This document shows positions 32,454-41,957 of a stretch of DNA of 64,000 bases, piece by piece. Source of the stretch: a virus (taxonomy: Duplodnaviria > Caudoviricetes); IMG/VR virus record IMGVR_UViG_3300020576_003495, positions 1 through 64,000 of that record; one strand, written 5' to 3'. Each line of letters begins with the position of its first letter. The stretch's first letter is position 1. The position numbers were made by a program, and so were the translations under genes. A model generated the notes under the pieces. It ran no database searches, was not told the origin of the DNA, and saw only the letters and a list, made by a program, of their open reading frames with translations.

Positions 32454-32924
32454 ATGGTTTTATTAGAACGCCTAGCCAAAGAAGATTGGACTCAAGCCAG
32501 TTGGGGTGAGTCTGATCCCCCGTTCGTTGGGCGTAAGCAACCTGAGCAATCCCAAATAAACCCCAAGAAACGAAAGCCTCATATGTTTGCAAAAATGATG
32601 GTGAAGAAAGATTGGACAGTGTGGAATCAGCAGCATCGGGATAGCGCGTCAAAAGCTGCGTGGTCGGCTTCCGATGCGGCCAACACTGCTCGTTCAGATA
32701 ATGCTGCCATGATGAAGCTGCACAGACAAGCACAGCAAGCGCACGAGAGCGCGGCACAAGGTTATGCCAAGGAAAGCAATCAGTACAAAGAACACATGAG
32801 CGAAGCCTCGACTCATGCTCGCCGTTCTAATGAATTCCGTGACAAGTCGGCAAACGACAAGGGCTTCTCCACAGGAGCAAGCCAAGCGGTTCGTCGGTCT
32901 GGTTTCAGCAACTCATCCTTCTGA
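32454..32924 (+). CDS. putative internal head/ejected protein
   Basis: Internal MFAKMMVKK-DWTVWN (ATG 32583). Confidence 0.65.
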   Translation: MVLLERLAKEDWTQASWGESDPPFVGRKQPEQSQINPKKRKPHMFAKMMVKKDWTVWNQQHRDSASKAAWSASDAANTARSDNAAMMKLHRQAQQAHESAAQGYAKESNQYKEHMSEASTHARRSNEFRDKSANDKGFSTGASQAVRRSGFSNSSF

Positions 32925-32933
32925 AAGATAACT

Positions 32934-33284
32934 ATGTTTGCAAAAATTATGGTGCAGAAGGATTGGGCGGCGTTCGATGCCATGCGCAAGAACCCCCAAG
33001 CGCAGAAAGTGGCGATTGCAAAGAACCATGAGGTCGCTCAGGGTTTGCTAGCCAAATCTAATGAATTGAAAAACGATTCAGATAGAGCGGTTAAGTTGAA
33101 TGCTCACATGCTCACGCAAGGGTATCTTCCCGACGTAGCTGACAACGGGGACACGCTGTACCTTCCGTTAACAGGTGATCCCAAATCCGATAAACTTCCA
33201 TCAAATCCTGTAGCGGGGCACAAGGTTCATATTGTCCTGAACCATAAGACAGGGCATGTGGATGCTGTTAGTCGGTACACTTAG
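32934..33284 (+). CDS. putative internal head/ejected protein
   Basis: MFAKIMVQK-DWAAFD leader. Confidence 0.65.
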   Translation: MFAKIMVQKDWAAFDAMRKNPQAQKVAIAKNHEVAQGLLAKSNELKNDSDRAVKLNAHMLTQGYLPDVADNGDTLYLPLTGDPKSDKLPSNPVAGHKVHIVLNHKTGHVDAVSRYT

Positions 33285-33293
33285 GAGTTACCA

Positions 33294-33674
33294 ATGTTTG
33301 CAGAAATACTAAAGTCCGACCCCTACCTTGTCCAAAAGCATGGTGTTAAAGGGATGAAGCATGGAGTTAAGCATGCAAAGCCTACGCCTAGTATTGATCA
33401 TTATGCCGAGTCTATAAGGCACATGGAAGAGTCTAGTAGACTGTTTAAAATAAAGGGTCACAGCTTCGGCACAGAAATAGGCGCTCGCGCTGCAAATGCT
33501 TATCCGCTTCACGATACGGCATATAAGTTGCACAAGCGAGCTATAAACCATCCTTCAGATATAAATACCAAAGCGGCCATACGTGCTTCAGCTAAAGCCG
33601 ACCACGCATCGAAGATTCTTTATGATGATGACGCGCCACAGCAGTTACCAGAAAAGTATAGAACATCGGACTAA
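33294..33674 (+). CDS. putative internal head/ejected protein
   Basis: MFAEILK-SDPY..K-HGVKGMKHGVK leader; AGGAG RBS. Confidence 0.65.
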   Translation: MFAEILKSDPYLVQKHGVKGMKHGVKHAKPTPSIDHYAESIRHMEESSRLFKIKGHSFGTEIGARAANAYPLHDTAYKLHKRAINHPSDINTKAAIRASAKADHASKILYDDDAPQQLPEKYRTSD

Positions 33675-33688
33675 CTGAAGGTACTACC

Positions 33689-34282
33689 ATGTTTGAACGA
33701 ATGTTAACCCGCAAGATGTGGACAAGAGAAGCCCGAGAAGCTTCGGCTAAAGTACGTGCCGCACGTGCCGGACAAAGAACATCGCATTCACAGATTCAAG
33801 CTCCCACCTATACGCATCCTTCGGCACAGCTTCAACCGGAGAACTTTAATCAGAAAGTTCCTGAAGCGTATGACGAGGTTCCCGATGATGAGAAGAAAGT
33901 CAAGCCCCCCACATCCTACGGAAATCAGCGGAGAGTCCCCCCGGAATATGCTGCGAATGGTGGTGGTGTTGATCATGTGGCGGTTGCCAACACAATAATG
34001 AAGCAGTACGGGGGCAACCGATTTAAGGTGATGACTGGTGCAAGTAATTTCACTGCCAGCAAGACTCCCGAAGGACATCCCTACCTTTCCTTCAAGATTC
34101 CCCGTGCCAAGGGGATCACGCATGTCAAAACCGTCCTGAAGCCCGATGACACCTACGACGTGCACATGATTGGGGTTCATGGAAAGAGCATCAAAGAAAA
34201 GCATGTCGCTCATGGGATGCACGCGGATCAACTGGAAGCGCACTTTCAACATCACACCGGACTTTCCACGAGGCTATTCTAA
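33689..34282 (+). CDS. putative internal head/ejected protein
   Basis: MFERMLTRK-MWTREAREAS leader; C-terminal VANTI.KQ.GGNRF.VMTGA..DTYDV..DQL..F...TGL.T.L domain. Confidence 0.65.
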   Translation: MFERMLTRKMWTREAREASAKVRAARAGQRTSHSQIQAPTYTHPSAQLQPENFNQKVPEAYDEVPDDEKKVKPPTSYGNQRRVPPEYAANGGGVDHVAVANTIMKQYGGNRFKVMTGASNFTASKTPEGHPYLSFKIPRAKGITHVKTVLKPDDTYDVHMIGVHGKSIKEKHVAHGMHADQLEAHFQHHTGLSTRLF

Positions 34283-34776
34283 TGAATACATTTGATGAAG
34301 TAAAAAAAGAATTCTTTCTGGCGCTCAAGGGTGTGGATAAGGCTAACAACGCGGCTACGCCACAAGGCGGAACAACGCAAGCGACCTTCGCTCCCATCAA
34401 CCAACCTAGCCCACAGATTTATACGGCACAAGAAGCGGTTCGGTCTTTATCCAACCACCTTCAACACCCGTGTTCAATCAACCACGATGCTTCAACCACG
34501 GGGGTTCGTCATGCTTCAATGACGGTTCATCCTGAGTGGAATCAGGAACACGTCAAAGAGCAAGCCGATTCCCATTTGGTAAGTTCGGGGTTTAAGGGCA
34601 AGAAAGCTGACGGTTACACAGGAAAAACTTATGAGCATCCACAAACAGGCGCTAAGGTGCATGTGGCTACCATAGGGAAACATCTGGTTATCACGTCAGA
34701 TGACAAAAAGGGCACCAAGGGAACGCCCTACGTAGCAAACCCGGATGCATCGGGGGATAAGAAGGGAAAGAAGTAA
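34282..34776 (+). CDS. putative internal head protein
   Basis: 164 aa, His/Lys-rich, FFLALK-G leader-like segment. Confidence 0.55.
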   Translation: MNTFDEVKKEFFLALKGVDKANNAATPQGGTTQATFAPINQPSPQIYTAQEAVRSLSNHLQHPCSINHDASTTGVRHASMTVHPEWNQEHVKEQADSHLVSSGFKGKKADGYTGKTYEHPQTGAKVHVATIGKHLVITSDDKKGTKGTPYVANPDASGDKKGKK

Positions 34777-34879
34777 GCTTTTTTCTTACTGCTACCTGAT
34801 TTCAAAATAGTTTCAATTTTTATTAGGTAGTAAATTTGTTGCTAGTATGCAGCTATTGTCGAATATCGGAGTGAGTGCG

Positions 34880-36145
34880 GTGCCACAGATAAAGATGAAC
34901 GTGACGAAGTTAGGTGACCCAACAGTCAACTATATCTCGCTTGTCAATCGCGGTGCCAATCGTATTCCTTTCCGCATTGTTAAACATGATAAACAGGAGT
35001 CGAATATGATTGACCTCGCAAATCTCAACATCAGCAAGCTTCTCAAGCAAGATAAAGCCGCTGAAGTGAGTGCACCAACTATCGTTGGTTTCGTGACCAT
35101 GAAAGATGAGAACTTCGAGGCTGTCAAAGACGGACTCAAGAACGCAGGCTTCATGGTGTCCAAGCAGTTTGAAGAAGCCGATGGTTCGGTGGTTTTCAAA
35201 CAAGAAGACACGATGCCAGAAGAATTCACCGTCCTCAAGATGTGTGACTCGCTTCTCGTTCTGGTGGACAAGCTGGACACCGACGACCTCGTTGGCGGCA
35301 CGATCTACGAATCCTTGCTGAAGGAAGATTCTTTCATCCCTTCGCCTGACATCGCCACAGAAGGTCTGGCTCTCGCCATTAGCGAAATCTCCGCTTCGCA
35401 GGATACCCCGCAAGACAAGGTTGCCAAGATGGAACTGGTTACCAAAGATCACAACGGCTACCTGACCAAGCTGTTCTCATGGGTTCCTGCCCGTTTGACC
35501 GAACTTGCCAAGGAACTTGAAGCCAACATTGCCGACCACAAGATCATTTCTGGTTCTACCACAGGTGAAGTGCAAAGCCCGGACAAGAACAAAACCACCA
35601 CAGGTATTGACACGGGCGGTAAGGACGGCGTTGAAGCTAAAGGCACGCCTGCCCCGTCGCCATTCAACGGTGAAATCGACAAGGGTAAAACCGACCCAAT
35701 TCCTGCCAAGGTTACCAAGGAAGACAAATCCACGGACGACAAGACAGCCGACCAAGTTGCTGCCGATGCTGACCCGATGGCTACGTTGGTTTCCAAGATG
35801 GAAACCATGCTTGCTTCCTTGCAAGAAACCATGCAGCAAAACATCACCAAGCAGTCCGAAGAAATCGCAGAAAAAATCTCTGCGGTGGCTCAGTCTGTTG
35901 AAGTTCTCAAGCAGTCACAAGACGTTCTTTCGGATCGTGTTGTGGCGGCTGAAAAAGTTGCAAAGTCTGCTGACAGCGCCGTTCGTGGTCGTATGATCAC
36001 ATCCGATGTTGGTGACGATGCAGTGCATACCACGCAGAAGTCGGATGGTTCGTCCGAAGGCTACGGTGGCTGCATTGATACTGCTTTCCAAAGCACTGTG
36101 CGGAAAACAGCCCTGTCAGCGCGTCAGCGTCCGGCAAATCGGTAA
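34880..36145 (+). CDS. capsid scaffold protein (nested in-frame start at 35006)
   Basis: YISLVNRGAN N-terminus, acidic/coiled-coil body, directly upstream of the MCP; CAGGAG before ATG 35006. Confidence 0.75.
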   Translation: MPQIKMNVTKLGDPTVNYISLVNRGANRIPFRIVKHDKQESNMIDLANLNISKLLKQDKAAEVSAPTIVGFVTMKDENFEAVKDGLKNAGFMVSKQFEEADGSVVFKQEDTMPEEFTVLKMCDSLLVLVDKLDTDDLVGGTIYESLLKEDSFIPSPDIATEGLALAISEISASQDTPQDKVAKMELVTKDHNGYLTKLFSWVPARLTELAKELEANIADHKIISGSTTGEVQSPDKNKTTTGIDTGGKDGVEAKGTPAPSPFNGEIDKGKTDPIPAKVTKEDKSTDDKTADQVAADADPMATLVSKMETMLASLQETMQQNITKQSEEIAEKISAVAQSVEVLKQSQDVLSDRVVAAEKVAKSADSAVRGRMITSDVGDDAVHTTQKSDGSSEGYGGCIDTAFQSTVRKTALSARQRPANR

Positions 36146-36170
36146 TTTTTTTAATCATTAGGAGTTTTTT

Positions 36171-37118
36171 ATGCCTAGCAATCGTGACCTTATCGCCAAA
36201 GCCGATTTAGCCCTGTCTGATCTGGCTTCCAACGGTGGTATGCTTCTCCCTGAGCAAGCAGACAAGTTTATTCGTGTTCTGATCGAACAACCGACCATTC
36301 TCAATGTGTGCCGTGTTGTGACCATGAACTCCCCACAGCGCAAGATCAACAAGATCGGTTTCGGCTCCCGCATCATGCGTGCTGCTGTTTCCGCTACAGC
36401 GCTGGCCGATGGTGACCGTGTTAAGCCTGATCTTTCCCAGATTACGTTGAACACCAAAGAAGTTATTGCGGAAATCCACCTTCCGTATGACGTTCTTGAA
36501 GACAACATCGAAGGCGGCAACATCGCTGTTCCGCTTCAATCCCCGGCTGGTGGTTTGCATGACACCATCGTTCAACTGATCGCAGAACGCGCTGCTCTTG
36601 ACCTTGAAGAACTCATCCTTCTTGGCGATACGACGCTGGCTGGCTCCGATGCCTACCTTGGTCTGCTTGACGGCTATATCAAGCGCATCAATTCTCACGT
36701 TGTCGATGCTGCCGGTGCCACAATCAGCAAGACGCTGCTCAAGAACGCTCTCAAGTCGCTCCCGCCGAAGTATCTGCGTGACCGTGGCGCTCTGAACTTC
36801 TTCGCTTCGGTTAACAACGAAACAGAACTGCGTGACACCTATGCAAGCCGTAACACACCTTTCGGTGACACGACTCTGCAAGGCTTCAACCCGCTGATGA
36901 TGTACGGTTCGCCAGTTCAAGCCGTGCCGCTGATGCCTGAAAACCGTGTTATTCTTACCAACCCGCTGAACCTGATCTTCGGCGTGCAGCGTAAGATCAA
37001 CATCGAATATACGAAAGATATTCGGGCCAGAGTTTTTATCATCGTTTTGACCGCCAGAGTAGACGCTCAAATCGAAGAAACAAATGCGGCTGCAATAGTT
37101 AGGAACATAGGTTCGTAA
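36171..37118 (+). CDS. major capsid protein (HK97 fold)
   Basis: GGMLLPEQADKFI, LEDNIEG, AERAALDLEEL..GD; strongly biased codons; AGGAG RBS; followed by a terminator. Confidence 0.92.
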   Translation: MPSNRDLIAKADLALSDLASNGGMLLPEQADKFIRVLIEQPTILNVCRVVTMNSPQRKINKIGFGSRIMRAAVSATALADGDRVKPDLSQITLNTKEVIAEIHLPYDVLEDNIEGGNIAVPLQSPAGGLHDTIVQLIAERAALDLEELILLGDTTLAGSDAYLGLLDGYIKRINSHVVDAAGATISKTLLKNALKSLPPKYLRDRGALNFFASVNNETELRDTYASRNTPFGDTTLQGFNPLMMYGSPVQAVPLMPENRVILTNPLNLIFGVQRKINIEYTKDIRARVFIIVLTARVDAQIEETNAAAIVRNIGS

Positions 37119-37148
37119 TAAAACCTAAGTAGCACAAGTACTTATAAG

Positions 37149-37180
37149 AAAGCCGGGGTTAGTTCTCTGGCTTTTTTTTT
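37149..37180 (+). terminator. rho-independent terminator
   Basis: AAAGCCGGGG...CTCTGGCTTT followed by a T run. Confidence 0.8.
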
Positions 37181-37259
37181 CGTCCGTGCATTATGAAAAT
37201 AACTATTGACTACACGGCAGTAGCACACTAGACTAGGTTTTTTTTAAAGAGGATGATCT

Positions 37260-38039
37260 ATGCTAGTCACGGGTGATTTTATGCAAATTGTTTACACTTT
37301 TGGAAGTTGGCGAAGCATGCGAGACAGATGCACGGTTCCTAGCAGCGCAAATTACCTTAGCTACGGTGGTCGTGGAATCATTGTGTGCGAGCGATGGCTA
37401 GAATCTGCGGATAACTTCGTTGTAGATATGGGGATAAAGCCTGTGGGAACTTCCCTAGAGCGCCTTGACGTTAACGGAAATTACGAACCGGCTAACTGTC
37501 AGTGGGCGACAAAGAAACAGCAAGCCCAAAATAGGCGCACCAGCATTGCGCTCACGCATAACGGTGAAACAAAGAACGTTGCTGAGTGGGCTAGGGAAAA
37601 AGGTATGGGCGTGTCGACACTAATTGGGCGACACCACTCAGGAATGCCCCTAGAAAAAGCCTTGGGCGATAAAGTCCATACTAACGCTAAGGAGCGTGCG
37701 CGTAATCGTAAGAGCAACGTCTTAGTTACTTACGACGGTAAAACACAATGCATGATTGAATGGGCAGAAGAAATAAACATTCCTGTGAAGACGCTATGGC
37801 ACCGTAAATCTTTGGGTTGGTCAGATGAGAAAATAGTTACCACTCCGACACATCGTAACCCCGATGTCCCTAAGTTTTATCCTTTCCCCACAGAATCCGG
37901 TGTTGAGATGTTGAATCTTTCAGAAATTGCGCGTAGAACGAATCAAACATTAACAGCGGTTAGAGTTAAAATCTTAGACGGTGAATCCCCTGAAGTGGTG
38001 TTTTCTAATAAAAAACGTAAGCCTAAGCGTTGCAAGTAA
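37260..38039 (+). CDS. free-standing HNH homing endonuclease
   Basis: SWRSMRDRC..YGGRGIIVCERW..DMG..SLERLDVNGNYEPANCQWAT; repeated GET...EWA DNA-binding modules. Confidence 0.88.
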   Translation: MLVTGDFMQIVYTFGSWRSMRDRCTVPSSANYLSYGGRGIIVCERWLESADNFVVDMGIKPVGTSLERLDVNGNYEPANCQWATKKQQAQNRRTSIALTHNGETKNVAEWAREKGMGVSTLIGRHHSGMPLEKALGDKVHTNAKERARNRKSNVLVTYDGKTQCMIEWAEEINIPVKTLWHRKSLGWSDEKIVTTPTHRNPDVPKFYPFPTESGVEMLNLSEIARRTNQTLTAVRVKILDGESPEVVFSNKKRKPKRCK

Positions 38040-38131
38040 TTTCACCAACCCCCTAACGCAAAATTGCTTTAGCTTACCTGTTGCGCTACTATACCTAGCC
38101 GAACACTTGTTCGTACTTATAGGAGCTACAC

Positions 38132-38470
38132 ATGGCATACGCACTCACCCTCGTTGGGGCATCAACCTTTATTTCTGCTAGCGGCAAAATCTATCACAAA
38201 GGGCCAGCTTACTCTCCCGACGCTGCTGAAGAAGCTACGCTTATTGCAGCAAAAGATGATTACGAAGTACCGTACTTCGCCAAAGTGGCGGGGGATATTC
38301 CTGTTGAAGTCGCTGAGTCGGTTCCTGAGAGTCCTGTCCCCACGATTGAAGCCGTAGCCAAGAGCATCAATGATCCCACGCCAAGCGCTAGCACAGCAGA
38401 GCAAGGTGAAACGGATACGGCAACTGAACCCACCCGTCGCGTAGGTCGTCCCGCCAAAGTCGCTATTTAA
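38132..38470 (+). CDS. virion-associated hypothetical protein
   Basis: 112 aa, AGGAG RBS, position after the MCP. Confidence 0.65.
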   Translation: MAYALTLVGASTFISASGKIYHKGPAYSPDAAEEATLIAAKDDYEVPYFAKVAGDIPVEVAESVPESPVPTIEAVAKSINDPTPSASTAEQGETDTATEPTRRVGRPAKVAI

Positions 38471-38491
38471 GTTTGATCGTTCGGGGGCAGT

Positions 38492-39178
38492 ATGAAACTT
38501 TTATTAGATGTTGAGGCAATCCGCAAGCGTTTAAGCTTGATGGATCACCCCGATGTTATTTCTGCCCTCGAATCGGTTCTATCCTCTGCGCAAACGTATT
38601 TTGAGGAAGTGCTGGATACCAAATTTCTGAAGCGGTCAGGTACAGACTACTTCAATCTGGACACCGACTTGAATCCCTACGCGCCCAATGGATTCTACAG
38701 GCTACGGCTTAAACGAGCGCTTATCAGGGAAGCTATGCCTTTGGTGATTACAGGGGCATCATCCTACAAAGACTTGCTGGCGGGTGTGGGGACGTATGTA
38801 CTGGATGAATCCAAGGGTGAGTTTTACACCGACTTCATACGTGGGGTAGTGTATATCAACAAGGATGGTGCTAGGGATTACACAGGCACGTCCATTACCC
38901 CCCGTGTGGATCAATGGGGCAACCTAAGTACGGTTAACCCTAATGGATACTACAAGGTAGCCTACGACTCTGGTTTTATCTCTAGTTCGGAGTTGCCCGA
39001 CTGGCTAAAGGAAGCGTTCACATCGTATGTTCCGTTTCTTGTTAATCAGCAGCAGACCTACAACAAAGTGGATCAACAAACACCCGCGTTTGAGGAAGGT
39101 AAGAAGACCGCTTTGAAATTATTAGAACCCTACATGCGTGATGTAGGGCTGTGCTTCAGGCCGATTAGGAGCGTCTGA
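38492..39178 (+). CDS. head-tail adaptor
   Basis: Position; YKVAYDSGF..LPDWLKEA..LLEPY pattern. Confidence 0.65.
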   Translation: MKLLLDVEAIRKRLSLMDHPDVISALESVLSSAQTYFEEVLDTKFLKRSGTDYFNLDTDLNPYAPNGFYRLRLKRALIREAMPLVITGASSYKDLLAGVGTYVLDESKGEFYTDFIRGVVYINKDGARDYTGTSITPRVDQWGNLSTVNPNGYYKVAYDSGFISSSELPDWLKEAFTSYVPFLVNQQQTYNKVDQQTPAFEEGKKTALKLLEPYMRDVGLCFRPIRSV

Positions 39179-39588
39179 TGCTATCCTTTGAGGCGCTTAT
39201 CCCCCCTCTAGCAGTAGACCTCACCATCGACACAGAACTGCTTTTGGATGATGCCGCGTCCATGATTCTTCACGGCAATCTCACCCGTTTCTTACAGCAG
39301 GTATCCCCCGATGGTGAGAAGTGGGTGCCGTCAAAAGCCGCACTGCGTAGAAAGATACGCGGTATACCGGGGGGCACACTATATGACACAGGCGACCTGT
39401 TCCGCAGTCTGGCTACAGTTAGGGTGGATGAGAATACACGGTCAATCGGAACCAACGTCCCCTACGCAGCACAGCATGAGTTCGGTTTGATGGGTATGGA
39501 GAGGCGCGACTTCTTGGGCGTTTCCGACTCCGATTTTGTTGCTCTGCAAGGTCTTATGGATATTCGATTTAAGGCGTACATAAAATGA
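39178..39588 (+). CDS. virion morphogenesis/tail completion protein (Mu gpG / P2 S-like)
   Basis: RF..QVSPDG.KW, LYDTGDLFRS, IGTNVPYAAQHEFG, RRDFLG. Confidence 0.85.
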   Translation: MLSFEALIPPLAVDLTIDTELLLDDAASMILHGNLTRFLQQVSPDGEKWVPSKAALRRKIRGIPGGTLYDTGDLFRSLATVRVDENTRSIGTNVPYAAQHEFGLMGMERRDFLGVSDSDFVALQGLMDIRFKAYIK

Positions 39589-40019
39589 CGACGGCAACAG
39601 ACTGCGTTCTTGATTTGCAGACCAAAATTCAAGCTGTCGCTACGTTAACTCAGAATACCTTCTTCGTCTACACGCAAGAGGATATGCTGAAGCGCACAGC
39701 CAAGATCACTTATCCCGCAGCGGGAATCATCTACGAAGGTATCAGGGCGAAGCCCGACGCTATGGACGGAAAAACAGCTATGGGCTTGTCGGCTGATTTC
39801 TACTGTGCTGTGCTGGTGTTGGTCGGGGGATCATCTTTCGGTAATGTGGATTACAAAGCAGAAGCCATAAAACTGGTGGATACCGTTCGTGGGAAGATAC
39901 TCAAGACACGATCCCCGTCTGGTCACTTCTGGAAGTTCCTTGTTGAATCCCCTGTTGTAGATATTGATGGGGCTTTTGGTTATTACATTCGGTTCAGCAC
40001 CCCTATTATGCTGGCTTAA
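39585..40019 (+). CDS. tail terminator protein
   Basis: Position before the tail tube; YPAAGIIYEG pattern. Confidence 0.6.
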   Translation: MTTATDCVLDLQTKIQAVATLTQNTFFVYTQEDMLKRTAKITYPAAGIIYEGIRAKPDAMDGKTAMGLSADFYCAVLVLVGGSSFGNVDYKAEAIKLVDTVRGKILKTRSPSGHFWKFLVESPVVDIDGAFGYYIRFSTPIMLA

Positions 40020-40067
40020 TTATAGCGTAAATATTAGGTGCGTTTTCTTCTGTTAGGATTGCATACC

Positions 40068-40352
40068 ATGAAAGCTAAACTTTTAAAAGAGCATGAACAC
40101 GCAGGGAAACTACTTCCTGTAGGTTCTATCATCGAGTTAGACCTAGATCAGTATAACTGGTTGGTTGATCTTAAGGTGGTAACGTGCGACATCGCTGACG
40201 CTGTTGTAGGAGCATCTGTGACCCAAGAGGTTACTCTCGTTCCTGCCAAAGAAACAAGCGACTACGTGGCTCCCCAGAAGAAGTCTTTTTGGGGTAAAGC
40301 GTCTATCGCTTCCGATGCTCCTAGCGAGCCTACCGAAGCACAAGGTAATTAA
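40068..40352 (+). CDS. small tail-region protein
   Basis: LLKEHEHAG...G..IEL..DQYNWL motif. Confidence 0.6.
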   Translation: MKAKLLKEHEHAGKLLPVGSIIELDLDQYNWLVDLKVVTCDIADAVVGASVTQEVTLVPAKETSDYVAPQKKSFWGKASIASDAPSEPTEAQGN

Positions 40353-40373
40353 TTTTTTTCAGGAGTATCTGAC

Positions 40374-41147
40374 ATGGCATGGGAAACAGTATCGAATTAC
40401 TACTCTGGTCAAGGCGTTGTTATGATTGGCCCCCGCGACACATCCGGCGCAAACGCGAAACCTGCTGGCTTGATCGAAGTCGGTAACGTCTCCGAACTCA
40501 AGTTGTCGGTTAATACGTCGACCGTTGAGCACAAGGAAACGACCACAGGCGCACGTGCTATTGACTTGCGTTTGACCACGGAAATCAAAGCTAACCTGAT
40601 GATGACCATCGAAAACTTCAGCGCGAAGAACCTCGCTCAAGCCCTTCGTGGCAAGACGGCTGCGGTGACTGGCTCAACGGTTACAGCAGAAGCTGTTAAG
40701 GCTTATCCGGGCTTCATCATGCCGCTGCAACACATCAAAGTGTCTGCGGTTACTGTCAAGACGGTCACTCCGTCTGCTTCATTGACGGCTGGCGATGACT
40801 ACGAAGTGAATCTGGAAGCTGGTTCTATCAAGTGGCTTGAAGGCGGCACGGGTGGTGTGACGGCTGGTGAAGATTGCGTTGTGAATTACACCTTTGCTAC
40901 TCAGAACCAAGTTGAAGCCCTGACCGAACCGATGCAAACCATTTGGATGCGCTTCGAAGGTCTGAACAGCGCCGACACCAACAAGCCTGTTGTTATCGAC
41001 GTGTTCAAGTTCAGCACCGACCCGCTGAAGGAACTTGACTTGATTGGCGACAAGGTTAACGCCTTCGCTCTTGAAGGAACGGTTCTGGCCGACCTGTCAC
41101 AACCGTCCGGCAAGTCACGCTACTTCGCTACCCGCATGCTGGCCTAA
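40374..41147 (+). CDS. major tail tube protein
   Basis: YYSGQG, VGNVSELKL, NLAQALRG, RFEGLN, LEGTVLAD; biased codons. Confidence 0.85.
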   Translation: MAWETVSNYYSGQGVVMIGPRDTSGANAKPAGLIEVGNVSELKLSVNTSTVEHKETTTGARAIDLRLTTEIKANLMMTIENFSAKNLAQALRGKTAAVTGSTVTAEAVKAYPGFIMPLQHIKVSAVTVKTVTPSASLTAGDDYEVNLEAGSIKWLEGGTGGVTAGEDCVVNYTFATQNQVEALTEPMQTIWMRFEGLNSADTNKPVVIDVFKFSTDPLKELDLIGDKVNAFALEGTVLADLSQPSGKSRYFATRMLA

Positions 41148-41231
41148 GCTAGCGGCTTCTGCCTAAAAGGATAGGCTGCTCTGCTGTATAGCTTTGCGGC
41201 CTTTCTTTTCAACTGAACAAAGGAAAATATT

Positions 41232-41894
41232 ATGTCTCTCCAAACAGTAGGAAAGGACTTCGGCGTAGCGGGTTCTGTTGTTAATGATGGAACGCTTGCC
41301 AAGGTTCTTCAAGAACTCCAAGGCTTGAATATCTCCGTTGTCGCTGGTGCGGCTGCTGGTACGGCGATGAACGTTGCTGCGCTTCGCACTGAAGACACGG
41401 TTATTTCGGCGGTTGTCTCTACGGATGCTGGCGGCGCTCTGGCCGATGATACGGCCAACGTGACGATTCAATCCACCAAGGCTTTCGGCACGATCACCAT
41501 TTCTGGCAACCCGGTTGCTAATGAAACGTTCGTTGTCAATGGCGTAACTTACACCTTCAAGGCTGCGGTTACTGGCCCGAAGCAGGTTCTGATCACGGCT
41601 GGCAACAACACCACGATGGCTACGGCTGCGGCTGCGGCAATCAATGCTTACGAAACCACCAAGGTTGCTGTTGATGCGGGTGTTGTGGCTACGTCGGCTC
41701 TAGGTGTCGTTACGGTAACGGCTGTTGTCGATGGAACTGCTGGCAATGCGATCACCCTGACTGAAGCGGCTACCAACGTTGCTGTGACGGGCGCTGGTAC
41801 GCTCACAGGCGGAACGGCTACAGGAAGCATCAAGTCCACGACGAACCTCACGGGCAAGTCGGTTACGCTGTTCTGGTTCAACAAGACCGCTTAA
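41232..41894 (+). CDS. Ala/Thr-rich virion structural/decoration protein
   Basis: GTITISGNP..VNGVTYTF..GTAGNAITL..LTGG; biased codons. Confidence 0.7.
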   Translation: MSLQTVGKDFGVAGSVVNDGTLAKVLQELQGLNISVVAGAAAGTAMNVAALRTEDTVISAVVSTDAGGALADDTANVTIQSTKAFGTITISGNPVANETFVVNGVTYTFKAAVTGPKQVLITAGNNTTMATAAAAAINAYETTKVAVDAGVVATSALGVVTVTAVVDGTAGNAITLTEAATNVAVTGAGTLTGGTATGSIKSTTNLTGKSVTLFWFNKTA

Positions 41895-41914
41895 CCTTCG
41901 GTTCTGCCACCAAC

Positions 41915-41945
41915 CAAAAAGCCCCTTCACGGGGCTTTTGTTTTT
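41915..41945. terminator. bidirectional rho-independent terminator
   Basis: CAAAAAGCCCC-TTCAC-GGGGCTTTTGTTTTT between convergent genes. Confidence 0.8.
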
Positions 41946-41957
41946 GGTGCTTTGCAG

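Noticed and set aside
36207-37070. Long antisense ORFs (also 30268-31038, 34910-35452 and many within the TMP)
   Set aside because: Shadows of strongly biased sense-strand codon usage, with no recognisable motifs
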